IMG/VR virus record: IMGVR_UViG_3300020709_000001
Span: 1-57,964 of that record
Strand: one strand, 5' to 3'
From: a virus
Lineage: Duplodnaviria; Caudoviricetes
Length of the DNA: 57,964 bases
The position numbers and the translations under genes were made by a program. The notes beneath the pieces are model-generated. The model was not told the DNA's origin and made no database searches. It worked only from the letters and a program-made list of their open reading frames with translations. Each line of letters starts with the position of its first letter. The first letter of the stretch is position 1. Shown piece after piece: positions 47,707 through 56,492 of the stretch.

Positions 47707-48179
47707 TTTCCTAATATTTGTGCATGTACTTTACCATCAGGCTCCCCAGTCCAATTTAACACTACTGAATCAGGCTCTTTTTCTTTCCAATGCTCAAAAC
47801 TTAAAAATGCACCGCCTTCTTTAAATGTTCTAACAGAATGTAGCATACCATCAGGTGCATCGGCAGACTTACCTAATAGCATATGTGCCCCGTTCTCTTT
47901 AGCTTTTTGAAATTCAGACAAATCAGGAAATGTTCCATCTTCTAGTCCAAATTCTAGATTGCCGCCTAAATAAATAAAAGTAGAATCTACTCCTGGGTGA
48001 GAATGAAATGGAGCAGTACTATTAGGTTTAAGTATGTACAGCTCAATTTGAAATGCATCTTCTCTATATAAACAAAGAGAATAAGCTAAATCTGTAATAA
48101 ATGATGCTTGATCAAACGGAGGACGTAATGGTCGACTCTTTAACCACCATTGTTTAAATTCAGTAACATTAGACCACAT
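47703..48179 (-). CDS. Cupin metalloenzyme, paralogue 1
   Basis: ELYILKPNSTAPFHSHPGVDSTFIYLGG...MLHSV. Confidence 0.8.
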   Translation of the reverse strand: MWSNVTEFKQWWLKSRPLRPPFDQASFITDLAYSLCLYREDAFQIELYILKPNSTAPFHSHPGVDSTFIYLGGNLEFGLEDGTFPDLSEFQKAKENGAHMLLGKSADAPDGMLHSVRTFKEGGAFLSFEHWKEKEPDSVVLNWTGEPDGKVHAQILGK

Positions 48180-48660
48180 GATTAACCTCTATTGTTTTTG
48201 CATGCATTGGTCCTACATATTCACCTTCCCAGTGCGTAGTTACTGATGATGGATTGTCTTTTAACCAATGCTCAAAAATTAAAAATGAGCCGCCTCTTGA
48301 TCCAGTTTTCAATGCATGAGGTGTTCCATTGTTCTTATCAGCAGTCTTTCCTAATAGCATATGCGACCTATCTTGTTTCGGGTATTGATATGCGGATAAA
48401 TCAGCAAAATTACCTTGGCTGTCTGAAAAAGATAAGTCACCTGTTAAATACATAGATATTGATTCTACATTTGGATGACTGTGCATTGGAGACTCAGTAT
48501 TAGGTTTACATACATATAGCTCTACTTGATATTGTCCTTCTCTGTATAAGCACAAAGAATATGCAATGTCAGTTGTATGAATACAATTCTTAAATGGAGG
48601 ACGAAACGGTCTTCCTGACTTAATCCACCAATCTTTAAATTGTTCTACAGTTTTAGCCAT
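48169..48660 (-). CDS. Cupin metalloenzyme, paralogue 2
   Basis: ELYVCKPNTESPMHSHPNVESISMYLTG...PHAL; colinear with paralogue 1. Confidence 0.8.
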   Translation of the reverse strand: MAKTVEQFKDWWIKSGRPFRPPFKNCIHTTDIAYSLCLYREGQYQVELYVCKPNTESPMHSHPNVESISMYLTGDLSFSDSQGNFADLSAYQYPKQDRSHMLLGKTADKNNGTPHALKTGSRGGSFLIFEHWLKDNPSSVTTHWEGEYVGPMHAKTIEVNHVV

Positions 48661-49022
48661 TATAAAATGATTGCCAATTTTGAAGGACTTTGTGGAGATC
48701 TCATAACATGAGCATGATTTGACTGTAAAGCTTGCATTACTTTAGGGTTCTTAGAAGATGTATGAAGCACTTTAATTCCGTGCTTTCTAGCTAAGTCTAA
48801 AAAATACTTAATTGCGCTGGATAAAACCAATGGCGCATCGATTGTAATAAAGTGCACGTCGGCATTATGATCATCAATTCTTTTTAAGTACATTAATGTA
48901 TCATGCTTTTGTAGTAAATTAGCATCATGCTCATGTATATGCTTTCTTAGCTTGGCTAAGATTACATTAGAGTTCATGCCTTTACGGCCAGTTTCATACG
49001 CGATAATTTGTTCTGGTGTCAT
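48660..49022 (-). CDS. Hypothetical virion-operon protein
   Basis: 120 aa; tightly coupled. Confidence 0.6.
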   Translation of the reverse strand: MTPEQIIAYETGRKGMNSNVILAKLRKHIHEHDANLLQKHDTLMYLKRIDDHNADVHFITIDAPLVLSSAIKYFLDLARKHGIKVLHTSSKNPKVMQALQSNHAHVMRSPQSPSKLAIIL

Positions 49023-49023
49023 T

Positions 49024-49266
49024 TTAAAGTTGCCTTGTATCTACATTCATAATACCTACTAATGATTCAGCCCATTGATACCATTCATCAAAACCTCTTG
49101 GATCAGGTACAGCAGAGTTTACAAAATATCCAATACCTTGCATACCATCTGCCCAGTCTCTCCATTTATCTTCAGACACTGTGCCTAGCTGATTTGCTGC
49201 AAACAAATCAGCCATTCTGGAACACCAATAGTCCCATGTTAGTCCGCGTGGATCATAGACTACCAT
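49024..49266 (-). CDS. Small Trp-rich virion-operon protein
   Basis: YDPRG..W..W...PDPRGF..W..WA. Confidence 0.65.
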   Translation of the reverse strand: MVVYDPRGLTWDYWCSRMADLFAANQLGTVSEDKWRDWADGMQGIGYFVNSAVPDPRGFDEWYQWAESLVGIMNVDTRQL

Positions 49267-51023
49267 TATGGGTTACCTGTAGAGCGTTCATCACCAATAT
49301 CAGCGCTTAATAGAACATTACCTAGCTGATAGTTTCCGCCTTCTGTATTACTTGTAAAGCGAAGTCTCATTTCACGTCTTTGTTCACGCATATCAATCTT
49401 TAAAGTGTCAGGATCAAATGTATAAGGCGCAGTGGTAATATCTGTATCATCTGCATAGCCTCTACCTGTGACTGTTACACTCATTTGTCCAGATTGTACA
49501 AAGTCAGGTTCTATACGTTCTAAGCGAATCCATTTATTTGGTCCTGTTATGGATGCTTGCCCAGGACCACCTCTTACCCAACCAATACTATTTGTTTCAA
49601 AATACGATTCAACAGCATTTACTGTGCTTAAAAAGATTTCATCAGTGCCAATTTCATGCTGCCATAATGTGTATGTACCTGCAATATTCTGCACATTCTC
49701 TGCCCAAATAGGATAACGGAATACTTCAGAGAACACACCTGCTGATCGATTTGCTGCAGGAGCAAAACCAGCATCATACCAAGTCTTTTCACGTACATTA
49801 TAGATAATGGCATTGTTACACTCGGTAGAATCACCTGCAGGATAGAACCACCAGATCTCACCCCAACGAGGAATCTTCATTGCCCAAACTTTTTGTCGCT
49901 GCGTATAGTTCAAGTTATCAAAGAAATAGTTTTGATTTGTAGTGTTAGGAATTTCTTGTACAACACCGTTATACATTAAGAATCGATCTACACCACACCA
50001 ATAGAATATACCATCATACTCAATAACACAAGAACTAGACATAATGGATGTCTGTGTGCTAATAATGTCATAACGCCAATACAATACAGATGATCCTACA
50101 GTGGTAGGACTATATGACACACGTGTAAGCTGATCAAGTGACCAGAATAAACCAGAAGGCGATGTAGTTCCGCCTCTAAGTGCCATGCCTTTAACTACTT
50201 TTGTGCTTGACACATTGTTTGAGTTAGCATCAGCACCTGTCCAGTTTGTAAAGTCACCTGCTGAGTTATTTTGAATTAAGCCATTGTTTCCATACACAAA
50301 AAGGTATGGATAAATCATGCAAGCTCCGCCTGACACAGAGATATTATTATCAAATGTCAATGTTTGTGTACCTGAACCACCGCCACTACTTAAAGTCACA
50401 GTGGTAGTAGAACCTGTAATCGATACTAGTGTCACTACCGTATTTGCAGGTAAGCTAGCACCTGTTACTGTCTGACCTAGTCCGATTTTATAGTTGGCAG
50501 AGCTAATAACAAATGATGTACCAGTTAATGTTCCAGTGGCTGTAAAGACGCCAACTTTGGACAAAGCTCCATATGGAAAATCACCTGACAGTACAGGGAC
50601 GTTAATAGTGCTATCAATATCAGTTAGATTTTGACCTGGGTGTGCAACCACTTGAAGCTGACCTGATCCATTAGAGTTATAACCAATATCAAACTGCCAT
50701 AAGTTATTCTCATTTGCTGTAAAGTTATTTAATGTAATATTAATCGGGCCTGAGCCTACACCATCATCATTATCAGTTTGCCAAGCTTGTAAATAATTTT
50801 GTGAACCTGAATAGACATAGTTTAGACCTTGCTGTGATTGCATGGTCATACCACGACTTACTTCAAGCGCGCTTAAAAAGATGCCTTTGTACCCACCTAT
50901 CTTACGAGGACGACCGCGCTGAAATCTGACCCATTGCCCATCAACGTACATCGGTGAGTCAAACTGAGTACCATCTCGCTGAATTCCTGCAGGAATATTG
51001 AGGGAAATAACATTAGTGGTCAA
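49266..51023 (-). CDS. Tail nozzle / DNA stabilisation protein (P22 gp10-like)
   Basis: DG.WVRFQRGRPRKIGG; EIWWFYP; beta-propeller-like composition. Confidence 0.7.
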   Translation of the reverse strand: MTTNVISLNIPAGIQRDGTQFDSPMYVDGQWVRFQRGRPRKIGGYKGIFLSALEVSRGMTMQSQQGLNYVYSGSQNYLQAWQTDNDDGVGSGPINITLNNFTANENNLWQFDIGYNSNGSGQLQVVAHPGQNLTDIDSTINVPVLSGDFPYGALSKVGVFTATGTLTGTSFVISSANYKIGLGQTVTGASLPANTVVTLVSITGSTTTVTLSSGGGSGTQTLTFDNNISVSGGACMIYPYLFVYGNNGLIQNNSAGDFTNWTGADANSNNVSSTKVVKGMALRGGTTSPSGLFWSLDQLTRVSYSPTTVGSSVLYWRYDIISTQTSIMSSSCVIEYDGIFYWCGVDRFLMYNGVVQEIPNTTNQNYFFDNLNYTQRQKVWAMKIPRWGEIWWFYPAGDSTECNNAIIYNVREKTWYDAGFAPAANRSAGVFSEVFRYPIWAENVQNIAGTYTLWQHEIGTDEIFLSTVNAVESYFETNSIGWVRGGPGQASITGPNKWIRLERIEPDFVQSGQMSVTVTGRGYADDTDITTAPYTFDPDTLKIDMREQRREMRLRFTSNTEGGNYQLGNVLLSADIGDERSTGNP

Positions 51024-52240
51024 AATGTCCCTCCACTAATGCCATTAAATACATGTAATCCGGTAGAGTCTAAATACCCAGCTTCTGTATTTCCAATAAC
51101 AAAACCTAATGTTCCAGTAGACGGTAAATAAATACCAGTATTTAGATCGCCGGTAAACTTCAAAGAAGGAACTGCCGTAGAGCCATTGCCTAAAGTCAAT
51201 GAAGTGATTGAGCTAACTGCTCCTGAAGTCGCATTATAAACATTAGTACCATCACAAATTAGAATCACACTAGTTGATTGAGGCACAGTAACAGTTGCAC
51301 CACCGACTGATACAGTTTTAAATGTTAAGTTAAATGAGCCAGTTGTATTATTGGTAACTGAATATAGCTGAACAGTAGAAGGTAGAATAATAATTTGATT
51401 TGATGTTAAGTTACCGCTAAACTCTTGAATTAAGTTAGATGCTTGTGCATTAGTCTCAGTCAGTGTTCCACCGGAGACTACAAGTGCTAACTGTGTAAAT
51501 GCAAACTGAGTAGCTTGTCCGTAACCAAAGCTGTTAAATCCCGAACCATTACACACAACCACAAATGACTCAGAAATTTGTAATTGCTTAGATGTATTAC
51601 CATCTATTGTGTCAGTACCTTGCAATCCAATGTTCAGAATTCCTGTACCGTCATTGGCAATCATCACAAACCAGCCATTGCCAACAGATGCTGAAGGAGG
51701 AAGTGTTATGGTTCCTGCACCACTTGACCAAACTACAAACTCAGCTCGATTAGTGGCATCAAGAGTCTGATTTGCATAATAGTTGGTCGTAACATACTGC
51801 TGATTCAGCGTTGTTGTAATAGGATATAGACCATATCCAGAAAGAGCTGAAGCATTAGCAGATGATGTGCCTGCACCAAAAGTAATAGTTGCCCATGTAC
51901 CATTGGAGGTTGTATTATCGGTTAAGTAGATGTATTCTGCAATGCCAGAAGCAATGTTAATAATGGTTCCGCCACTATTATTTGTGACAGTAAATGAGTT
52001 TGACCCAATATTACGAATAATAACAGCTTCACCTACAGAGACTTGAGTAGCTACTGGCAGCAACAAATCTAAACCACCTATAGTGGCAGTTACTTCTATA
52101 ATATTTGCAGTCGTAAGTGAAGAACTTGTACCATTTATAGGCCACTGTAATGTGGTGTTTGTTGATATGGTTAATGATTCATAAGATACCTGAGCAGGTG
52201 ATACAGTCTGCCCAGTGAATGGATTTGTATATGTGGTCAT
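51020..52240 (-). CDS. Tail-associated structural protein
   Basis: Beta-rich; ITLP...GNGW...N.G.G; GS...PS..F..D.NTG.Y. Confidence 0.65.
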   Translation of the reverse strand: MTTYTNPFTGQTVSPAQVSYESLTISTNTTLQWPINGTSSSLTTANIIEVTATIGGLDLLLPVATQVSVGEAVIIRNIGSNSFTVTNNSGGTIINIASGIAEYIYLTDNTTSNGTWATITFGAGTSSANASALSGYGLYPITTTLNQQYVTTNYYANQTLDATNRAEFVVWSSGAGTITLPPSASVGNGWFVMIANDGTGILNIGLQGTDTIDGNTSKQLQISESFVVVCNGSGFNSFGYGQATQFAFTQLALVVSGGTLTETNAQASNLIQEFSGNLTSNQIIILPSTVQLYSVTNNTTGSFNLTFKTVSVGGATVTVPQSTSVILICDGTNVYNATSGAVSSITSLTLGNGSTAVPSLKFTGDLNTGIYLPSTGTLGFVIGNTEAGYLDSTGLHVFNGISGGTF

Positions 52241-52242
52241 AA

Positions 52243-52899
52243 TTAACTATCCTGAGCAATTGCTTGACGGTCAGCAATACGAAGCTGATCTTCCAACTTG
52301 AGAGCTTGCATTCCTTCAGTATATTTCTGTTGAAATATTTGTCTTTGGTCATTCTTTAAAAATGGCATTGCTTGAAGCAGCGTACCATATAGCATCACAT
52401 TTGGTGCATTCTGTGTGATCCAGTTTGTCTGGTTTGATGAAGACAAAGGCGGAATCCTCTCATAGTAAAGAACTTCAAATGTGTATGCCTGATCAGGCGT
52501 AGGAGCGACTAACCAGTTGTCATAATTATAATCACAATAGTATAAAGGAACACTAGTTGCGCCACTAGTTGGGGCATAATTTCTTAAATATTCATACTTA
52601 CGAAGATATACAGGCTGCTTCACACCTGCATTGGTAATGTTAAACGATGTGGTTTTTCTCCATCTTGCTGGCTTAGGAATAACAGGATTACCTGCATTCA
52701 TAGTACTTTCTACTACACTTAATTGACCAAGTGTTTTGATTTCTTGTGCAATTTCAAACTCAGCCAGCATAATGAACTGAGGAATCTGATTAACAACAGC
52801 TGTATCATTCCGCTCTAAGTACTGAGTGACATCAGTAATTAGACTATTGTAAGTCATTGCCGCTGCTGCGGTACATGCGGGAGTACAGGAGGTAGCCAT
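52243..52899 (-). CDS. Head-tail adaptor (tail tubular A-like)
   Basis: TY..L...V..YLER.D...IP.FI..AE...APTPD..Y...TNW....P...LYG.L. Confidence 0.65.
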   Translation of the reverse strand: MATSCTPACTAAAAMTYNSLITDVTQYLERNDTAVVNQIPQFIMLAEFEIAQEIKTLGQLSVVESTMNAGNPVIPKPARWRKTTSFNITNAGVKQPVYLRKYEYLRNYAPTSGATSVPLYYCDYNYDNWLVAPTPDQAYTFEVLYYERIPPLSSSNQTNWITQNAPNVMLYGTLLQAMPFLKNDQRQIFQQKYTEGMQALKLEDQLRIADRQAIAQDS

Positions 52900-52902
52900 T
52901 TT

Positions 52903-53415
52903 TTATCCTAACATATTACTAGCATTAACACGAGCTTCATCAACTCGTTTTAACCAACCATTGCCAAAAGTAGCAAAAGTCGGTAATGATTCATAAAACT
53001 GCTTCTTAGCATCTGAGAACCTAGCAATTAGTTCTGTTTTATCCATGACATCAATGGTCTGAATTGTGACAGGGCCAACAGCACCATCTTCAGGCAGACC
53101 AAGAGCTCTTTGTAGTATTTTGACAGACCGCCCTGGGCCTGAGTTTACTGCAAAATCAAATACAAGGTAGTCAATGCCAGAAGGTAAGTCATCGCATTTA
53201 CAAGCATCCCAATATTTCTTTTCATATAAAGGGGCAACATCATCTCTTGTAAGAGATCGCATTTCTTTTTCATTAGTGTTTCTGCCTTTAAAGCTTGCCC
53301 ATGTGTTTGCAGTTACGCCTAAGTTGGTCATGCCGCCTGGGTCTTTTGGGTTGTTAACAAACCCACCTTCTGACTTAAGCACTAAGTCTAATGAATGATC
53401 AAAGTTCTCGGTCAT
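52903..53415 (-). CDS. Endolysin, glycosyl hydrolase 108 with peptidoglycan-binding domain
   Basis: EGGFVNNPKDPGGMTNLGVT; FD.AVNSG; FG.GW..R. Confidence 0.93.
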   Translation of the reverse strand: MTENFDHSLDLVLKSEGGFVNNPKDPGGMTNLGVTANTWASFKGRNTNEKEMRSLTRDDVAPLYEKKYWDACKCDDLPSGIDYLVFDFAVNSGPGRSVKILQRALGLPEDGAVGPVTIQTIDVMDKTELIARFSDAKKQFYESLPTFATFGNGWLKRVDEARVNASNMLG

Positions 53416-53828
53416 TTAGTCACCATTAAAGCATTATATTTATTAATCACATCATTCCGCTCTATTTCTGAGGTTTGGCATTGTCTTGCAAATCCGATAA
53501 GAACTTCTGCATCTGATTCAAGTAATCTGAGTCCTTGATTTGATATTGCAAGGGAGGTGGGTTTACCATCTGCGGTGTGGGTGTTCCGCAAGCCTCTAAG
53601 CTCAGCAATAGCGTCATCATAACGAGTTTGGAGGTCATCTTTGTCCTTTTGTGTTTGTTGGCTAATCATAGCTTGGTCATTGACCACTTTATTTTGTACT
53701 TCAACCACATGCTGCACAGCTTCTAACTTTTCTTTTTCAGAATAATAGCCATCAACTCTATGAGTAATGAATGCAGTGCCAAGTGCTATGGCAATATAGA
53801 TATAAGTGGAAATAGGTAGCGGAAACAT
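53412..53828 (-). CDS. Rz-like spanin
   Basis: N-terminal TM segment plus coiled coil, next to the endolysin. Confidence 0.65.
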   Translation of the reverse strand: MFPLPISTYIYIAIALGTAFITHRVDGYYSEKEKLEAVQHVVEVQNKVVNDQAMISQQTQKDKDDLQTRYDDAIAELRGLRNTHTADGKPTSLAISNQGLRLLESDAEVLIGFARQCQTSEIERNDVINKYNALMVTK

Positions 53829-54184
53829 TATTTTTTCGTAGTAATAGTGTCAGAACCTTTAGTAACTGTTACTTTATCTCCATCAACGCTTACTGACATT
53901 GGAGGTTCTTTTTCAGCAAGATGATCTAAACGCTGAATAAGTTGTTGTATAACTTGAAACTCTGGCTTTTCTTCTTTTTCGGTAGTACCAGCAACACCAT
54001 TCATCATATTGATAATAGCCATTAATGCACTACCAGCCATACCAATAACTGCGGCAATTTTTGCTGAATCTAAAAAAATACTTGCACCAACAGAAATAAG
54101 AATAATTGCAGTAATATAAGCAAGACCATTTTTGCCTATTGATTTACCAGCAACTTCTTTTGCAGTTTCCAATTGATTATCCAT
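53828..54184 (-). CDS. Two-TM membrane protein (holin or antiholin candidate)
   Basis: Two hydrophobic helices; lysis cassette. Confidence 0.55.
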   Translation of the reverse strand: MDNQLETAKEVAGKSIGKNGLAYITAIILISVGASIFLDSAKIAAVIGMAGSALMAIINMMNGVAGTTEKEEKPEFQVIQQLIQRLDHLAEKEPPMSVSVDGDKVTVTKGSDTITTKK

Positions 54185-54413
54185 TACTATCTCCAGGTTC
54201 TGAGTTTTGTTTCATAGCTACAGCAGCCCCACCAGCTCCAGAGACAATGCCTAAAGCTTCTGCAAACTCTGTTAAGCTGATAGACTTGGCTTGAAGTACT
54301 TCATATGCAGCAATACAGATAACCGCTATAAACCCAATTAACCAAGTCCAACGACCAATGTCATGAGTTTTATTGTCTTTACCTGTAACAAGATGAGTTA
54401 AGAATTCAGGCAT
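54177..54413 (-). CDS. Holin candidate
   Basis: 78 aa, two hydrophobic segments. Confidence 0.55.
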   Translation of the reverse strand: MPEFLTHLVTGKDNKTHDIGRWTWLIGFIAVICIAAYEVLQAKSISLTEFAEALGIVSGAGGAAVAMKQNSEPGDSNG

Positions 54414-54637
54414 TATCCACCTATAAACTTTTCTAACATTTTAGCTGCAAAGTTAGGGCCTAACAGGACAGCAGCAATGACTGCGTATAAAAGATATTCA
54501 ATTTTTTGCATACGTTTAACACCTTTAGCAAGTGCATCTTGAATACCTTCATAGCGCTCCGCACAAACAGCTTCATGGACCATTAGACGCTTGTCTGTTT
54601 CGTTAATTTGTAGTTCTATTGGATCCATGATAAACAC
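54413..54637 (-). CDS. Small coiled-coil plus TM protein
   Basis: HEAVCAERY motif; C-terminal TM. Confidence 0.65.
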   Translation of the reverse strand: MFIMDPIELQINETDKRLMVHEAVCAERYEGIQDALAKGVKRMQKIEYLLYAVIAAVLLGPNFAAKMLEKFIGG

Positions 54638-54638
54638 T

Positions 54639-54968
54639 TTATTCAGCTGCAGGTGCGCAAGTAGTTGGTGCTGGAGTGATTGTTACTTCAGATGTATTGT
54701 CTTCAGGTAACGTTACTGTTATCTCAGGTGCTGATACAGGTTCCGGCGTTGGTTCTGGTGTTGCATCCGCTGCAGGTGCGCAAACTGGAACCAAAGTAAC
54801 AGGTGCTGGCACAGGAGTAGTAACAGTCAATGGTGCAGGAGGTGGCACTACTGCATCAGTCACCGGTTGATACTTTGTATATAAATGGTCAATAAACTTT
54901 TGAATTTCTTCTTTGGCTTTTGATTCAAAGTTTTCCAAATGTGCTTCAATTTCTTTTAAGAATTGCAT
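54639..54968 (-). CDS. Pro/Thr-rich protein
   Basis: Helical N-terminus then PAP/PEP repeats; AAGGAG RBS. Confidence 0.65.
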   Translation of the reverse strand: MQFLKEIEAHLENFESKAKEEIQKFIDHLYTKYQPVTDAVVPPPAPLTVTTPVPAPVTLVPVCAPAADATPEPTPEPVSAPEITVTLPEDNTSEVTITPAPTTCAPAAE

Positions 54969-54970
54969 GA

Positions 54971-55207
54971 TTACTCCTTAGTAGCTTTAATAGTGATTAG
55001 GGATTCTTCTTTATTGATTTCCATATAGCCATAACCGCAGAGAGACCAGTCTTCACCAGTTCTTTCATCGTGGACAGGAACTTCAATTTTGATATGCTTG
55101 CATAAAAATTCTTTACCATTTTCAAATACTCTCCATACATGTTCAATTGTTCCTCTGCCTGGTTGTCCTCGTGTTTTGTTGTATCTGACCAAGTACTTGT
55201 TCATCAT
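54971..55207 (-). CDS. Conserved phage hypothetical protein
   Basis: RYNKTRG.PGRG...HVWRVFE. Confidence 0.65.
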   Translation of the reverse strand: MMNKYLVRYNKTRGQPGRGTIEHVWRVFENGKEFLCKHIKIEVPVHDERTGEDWSLCGYGYMEINKEESLITIKATKE

Positions 55208-55836
55208 ACAATTGTCACCTCTTGCTGAGGAGGCGCTTGTTGCACAGACAGATTCATATGAATAAACTTAAATGGTTTATCATTGTTATGCCGTGAAAAA
55301 GAATGTGCTAACCAAGCATTGGTTAAATACAATTTACCAACTTCAGGTTTAAAACTAATATGAGCAGATGCCATACTGATCTTAGAAGGATCCGCTTCTA
55401 CCATTCCTAATAAGTTCTTACCTACTCGAGGATCAGTAAAGATCATATGCGAACTATTTTCTGGGCAATCTAGAAAATAAAAGCCTACAATTTGCACACC
55501 ATCATTATGAGCATGCTCTTCCATATTTGATGTTTTATGATGCTCTTGTCCCCACATAGAATGGAAATAAGTAATCTTATCGTCCATCTTATAGCCTTGT
55601 GAGTTCAGCACATTCCATGCGGTAGATGCAATATAAGTGCTGAAATCATTTAATCGTGGATCCATATACAAATTTCCTGTCATATAGACAGGATAGAGTG
55701 CATTGATTTCTTTTAACTGCTGTTGTTTTTTAATTGCTTCATCAAAAACAGCAAGCACTGACGGTAAAAAGTCAGGCTTGCTGATACTATAAACAGCAGT
55801 GGCAAAATGCGCTGAAGTTTCTAAGTTATCTTGCAT
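55204..55836 (-). CDS. Putative 2OG-Fe(II) oxygenase (TIGR02466-like)
   Basis: W.Q...HAH...GFYFL...F.DPR...P..G.L....WL.H. Confidence 0.8.
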   Translation of the reverse strand: MQDNLETSAHFATAVYSISKPDFLPSVLAVFDEAIKKQQQLKEINALYPVYMTGNLYMDPRLNDFSTYIASTAWNVLNSQGYKMDDKITYFHSMWGQEHHKTSNMEEHAHNDGVQIVGFYFLDCPENSSHMIFTDPRVGKNLLGMVEADPSKISMASAHISFKPEVGKLYLTNAWLAHSFSRHNNDKPFKFIHMNLSVQQAPPQQEVTIV

Positions 55837-56090
55837 TATTGAACTGCAGGAGCAGGCTCTGAGGCTACTACATCAGTGGGAACTTCAACAGCTTTAGCCA
55901 ATGACTCTTCAAGCAATTTAAAGAAGGCTTGTTTGCCTACTTGCATTTGGTCAAGGTTAAAAGCGGTTGAACTAATCTTGCGGTCAAGGTCAATACAATG
56001 ATTGAACAGCGTTTGTTGCTCCGCTGTTAAGTCCTCATATTGATACTCTTTGTCGTTAATGGTAATGGGGGTCTTTTTGTCGTTTCCCAT
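55836..56090 (-). CDS. Small tail-region protein (possible fibre-assembly helper)
   Basis: ITINDKEY..EDLT.EQ; AGGAG RBS. Confidence 0.65.
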   Translation of the reverse strand: MGNDKKTPITINDKEYQYEDLTAEQQTLFNHCIDLDRKISSTAFNLDQMQVGKQAFFKLLEESLAKAVEVPTDVVASEPAPAVQ

Positions 56091-56107
56091 GTCATTCTCC
56101 TAAATGT

Positions 56108-56136
56108 GCCGTCAAAAAGGGCTGACGGCTTGCCCT
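56108..56136 (-). promoter_or_regulatory. H-type RNA pseudoknot upstream of an RBS
   Basis: AGGGC-AA-GCCGUCA-GCCCU-UUU-UGACGGC. Confidence 0.65.
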
Positions 56137-56139
56137 AAA

Positions 56140-56490
56140 TTATGCAGCGGGTGTTGGTGTTGCTTGTGTTGCCCAAGGCAGCGGTGTGTTAGATGGTGAA
56201 ATGGGCGGTGTCACCATTGATGCAATTTGTCCGTCAATATTGGCATAGTAGTTAGCCTGATTGTCAGTAGCTTCGTTAATCCAACCCAATACGATTTGCT
56301 CGGTGAGGTTAGCGTAAGGAATAAAGCCTGACTCTTTAGCTTCTTGGGCAAATTGGATATTGCCGTCAATAGAAGCGGTATGAGTGCCGTCTGTGCCAGA
56401 TACAGTAAATAACACATTAACCACATAATCGGGGTCAGGTGTATTAAGGGTAAACATATTGGTAATAGTTGTTGTGTAAGTTGTTGCCAT
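56140..56490 (-). CDS. Tail-fibre-associated small protein
   Basis: FIPYANLTEQ.VLGW...PLPW; downstream of the fibre gene. Confidence 0.65.
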   Translation of the reverse strand: MATTYTTTITNMFTLNTPDPDYVVNVLFTVSGTDGTHTASIDGNIQFAQEAKESGFIPYANLTEQIVLGWINEATDNQANYYANIDGQIASMVTPPISPSNTPLPWATQATPTPAA

Positions 56491-56492
56491 TT

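Noticed and set aside
56091-56142. Pseudoknot-stimulated readthrough or frameshift fusing ORFs 56140 and 55836
   Set aside because: The 49-nt gap puts them out of frame and no slippery heptamer precedes the structure
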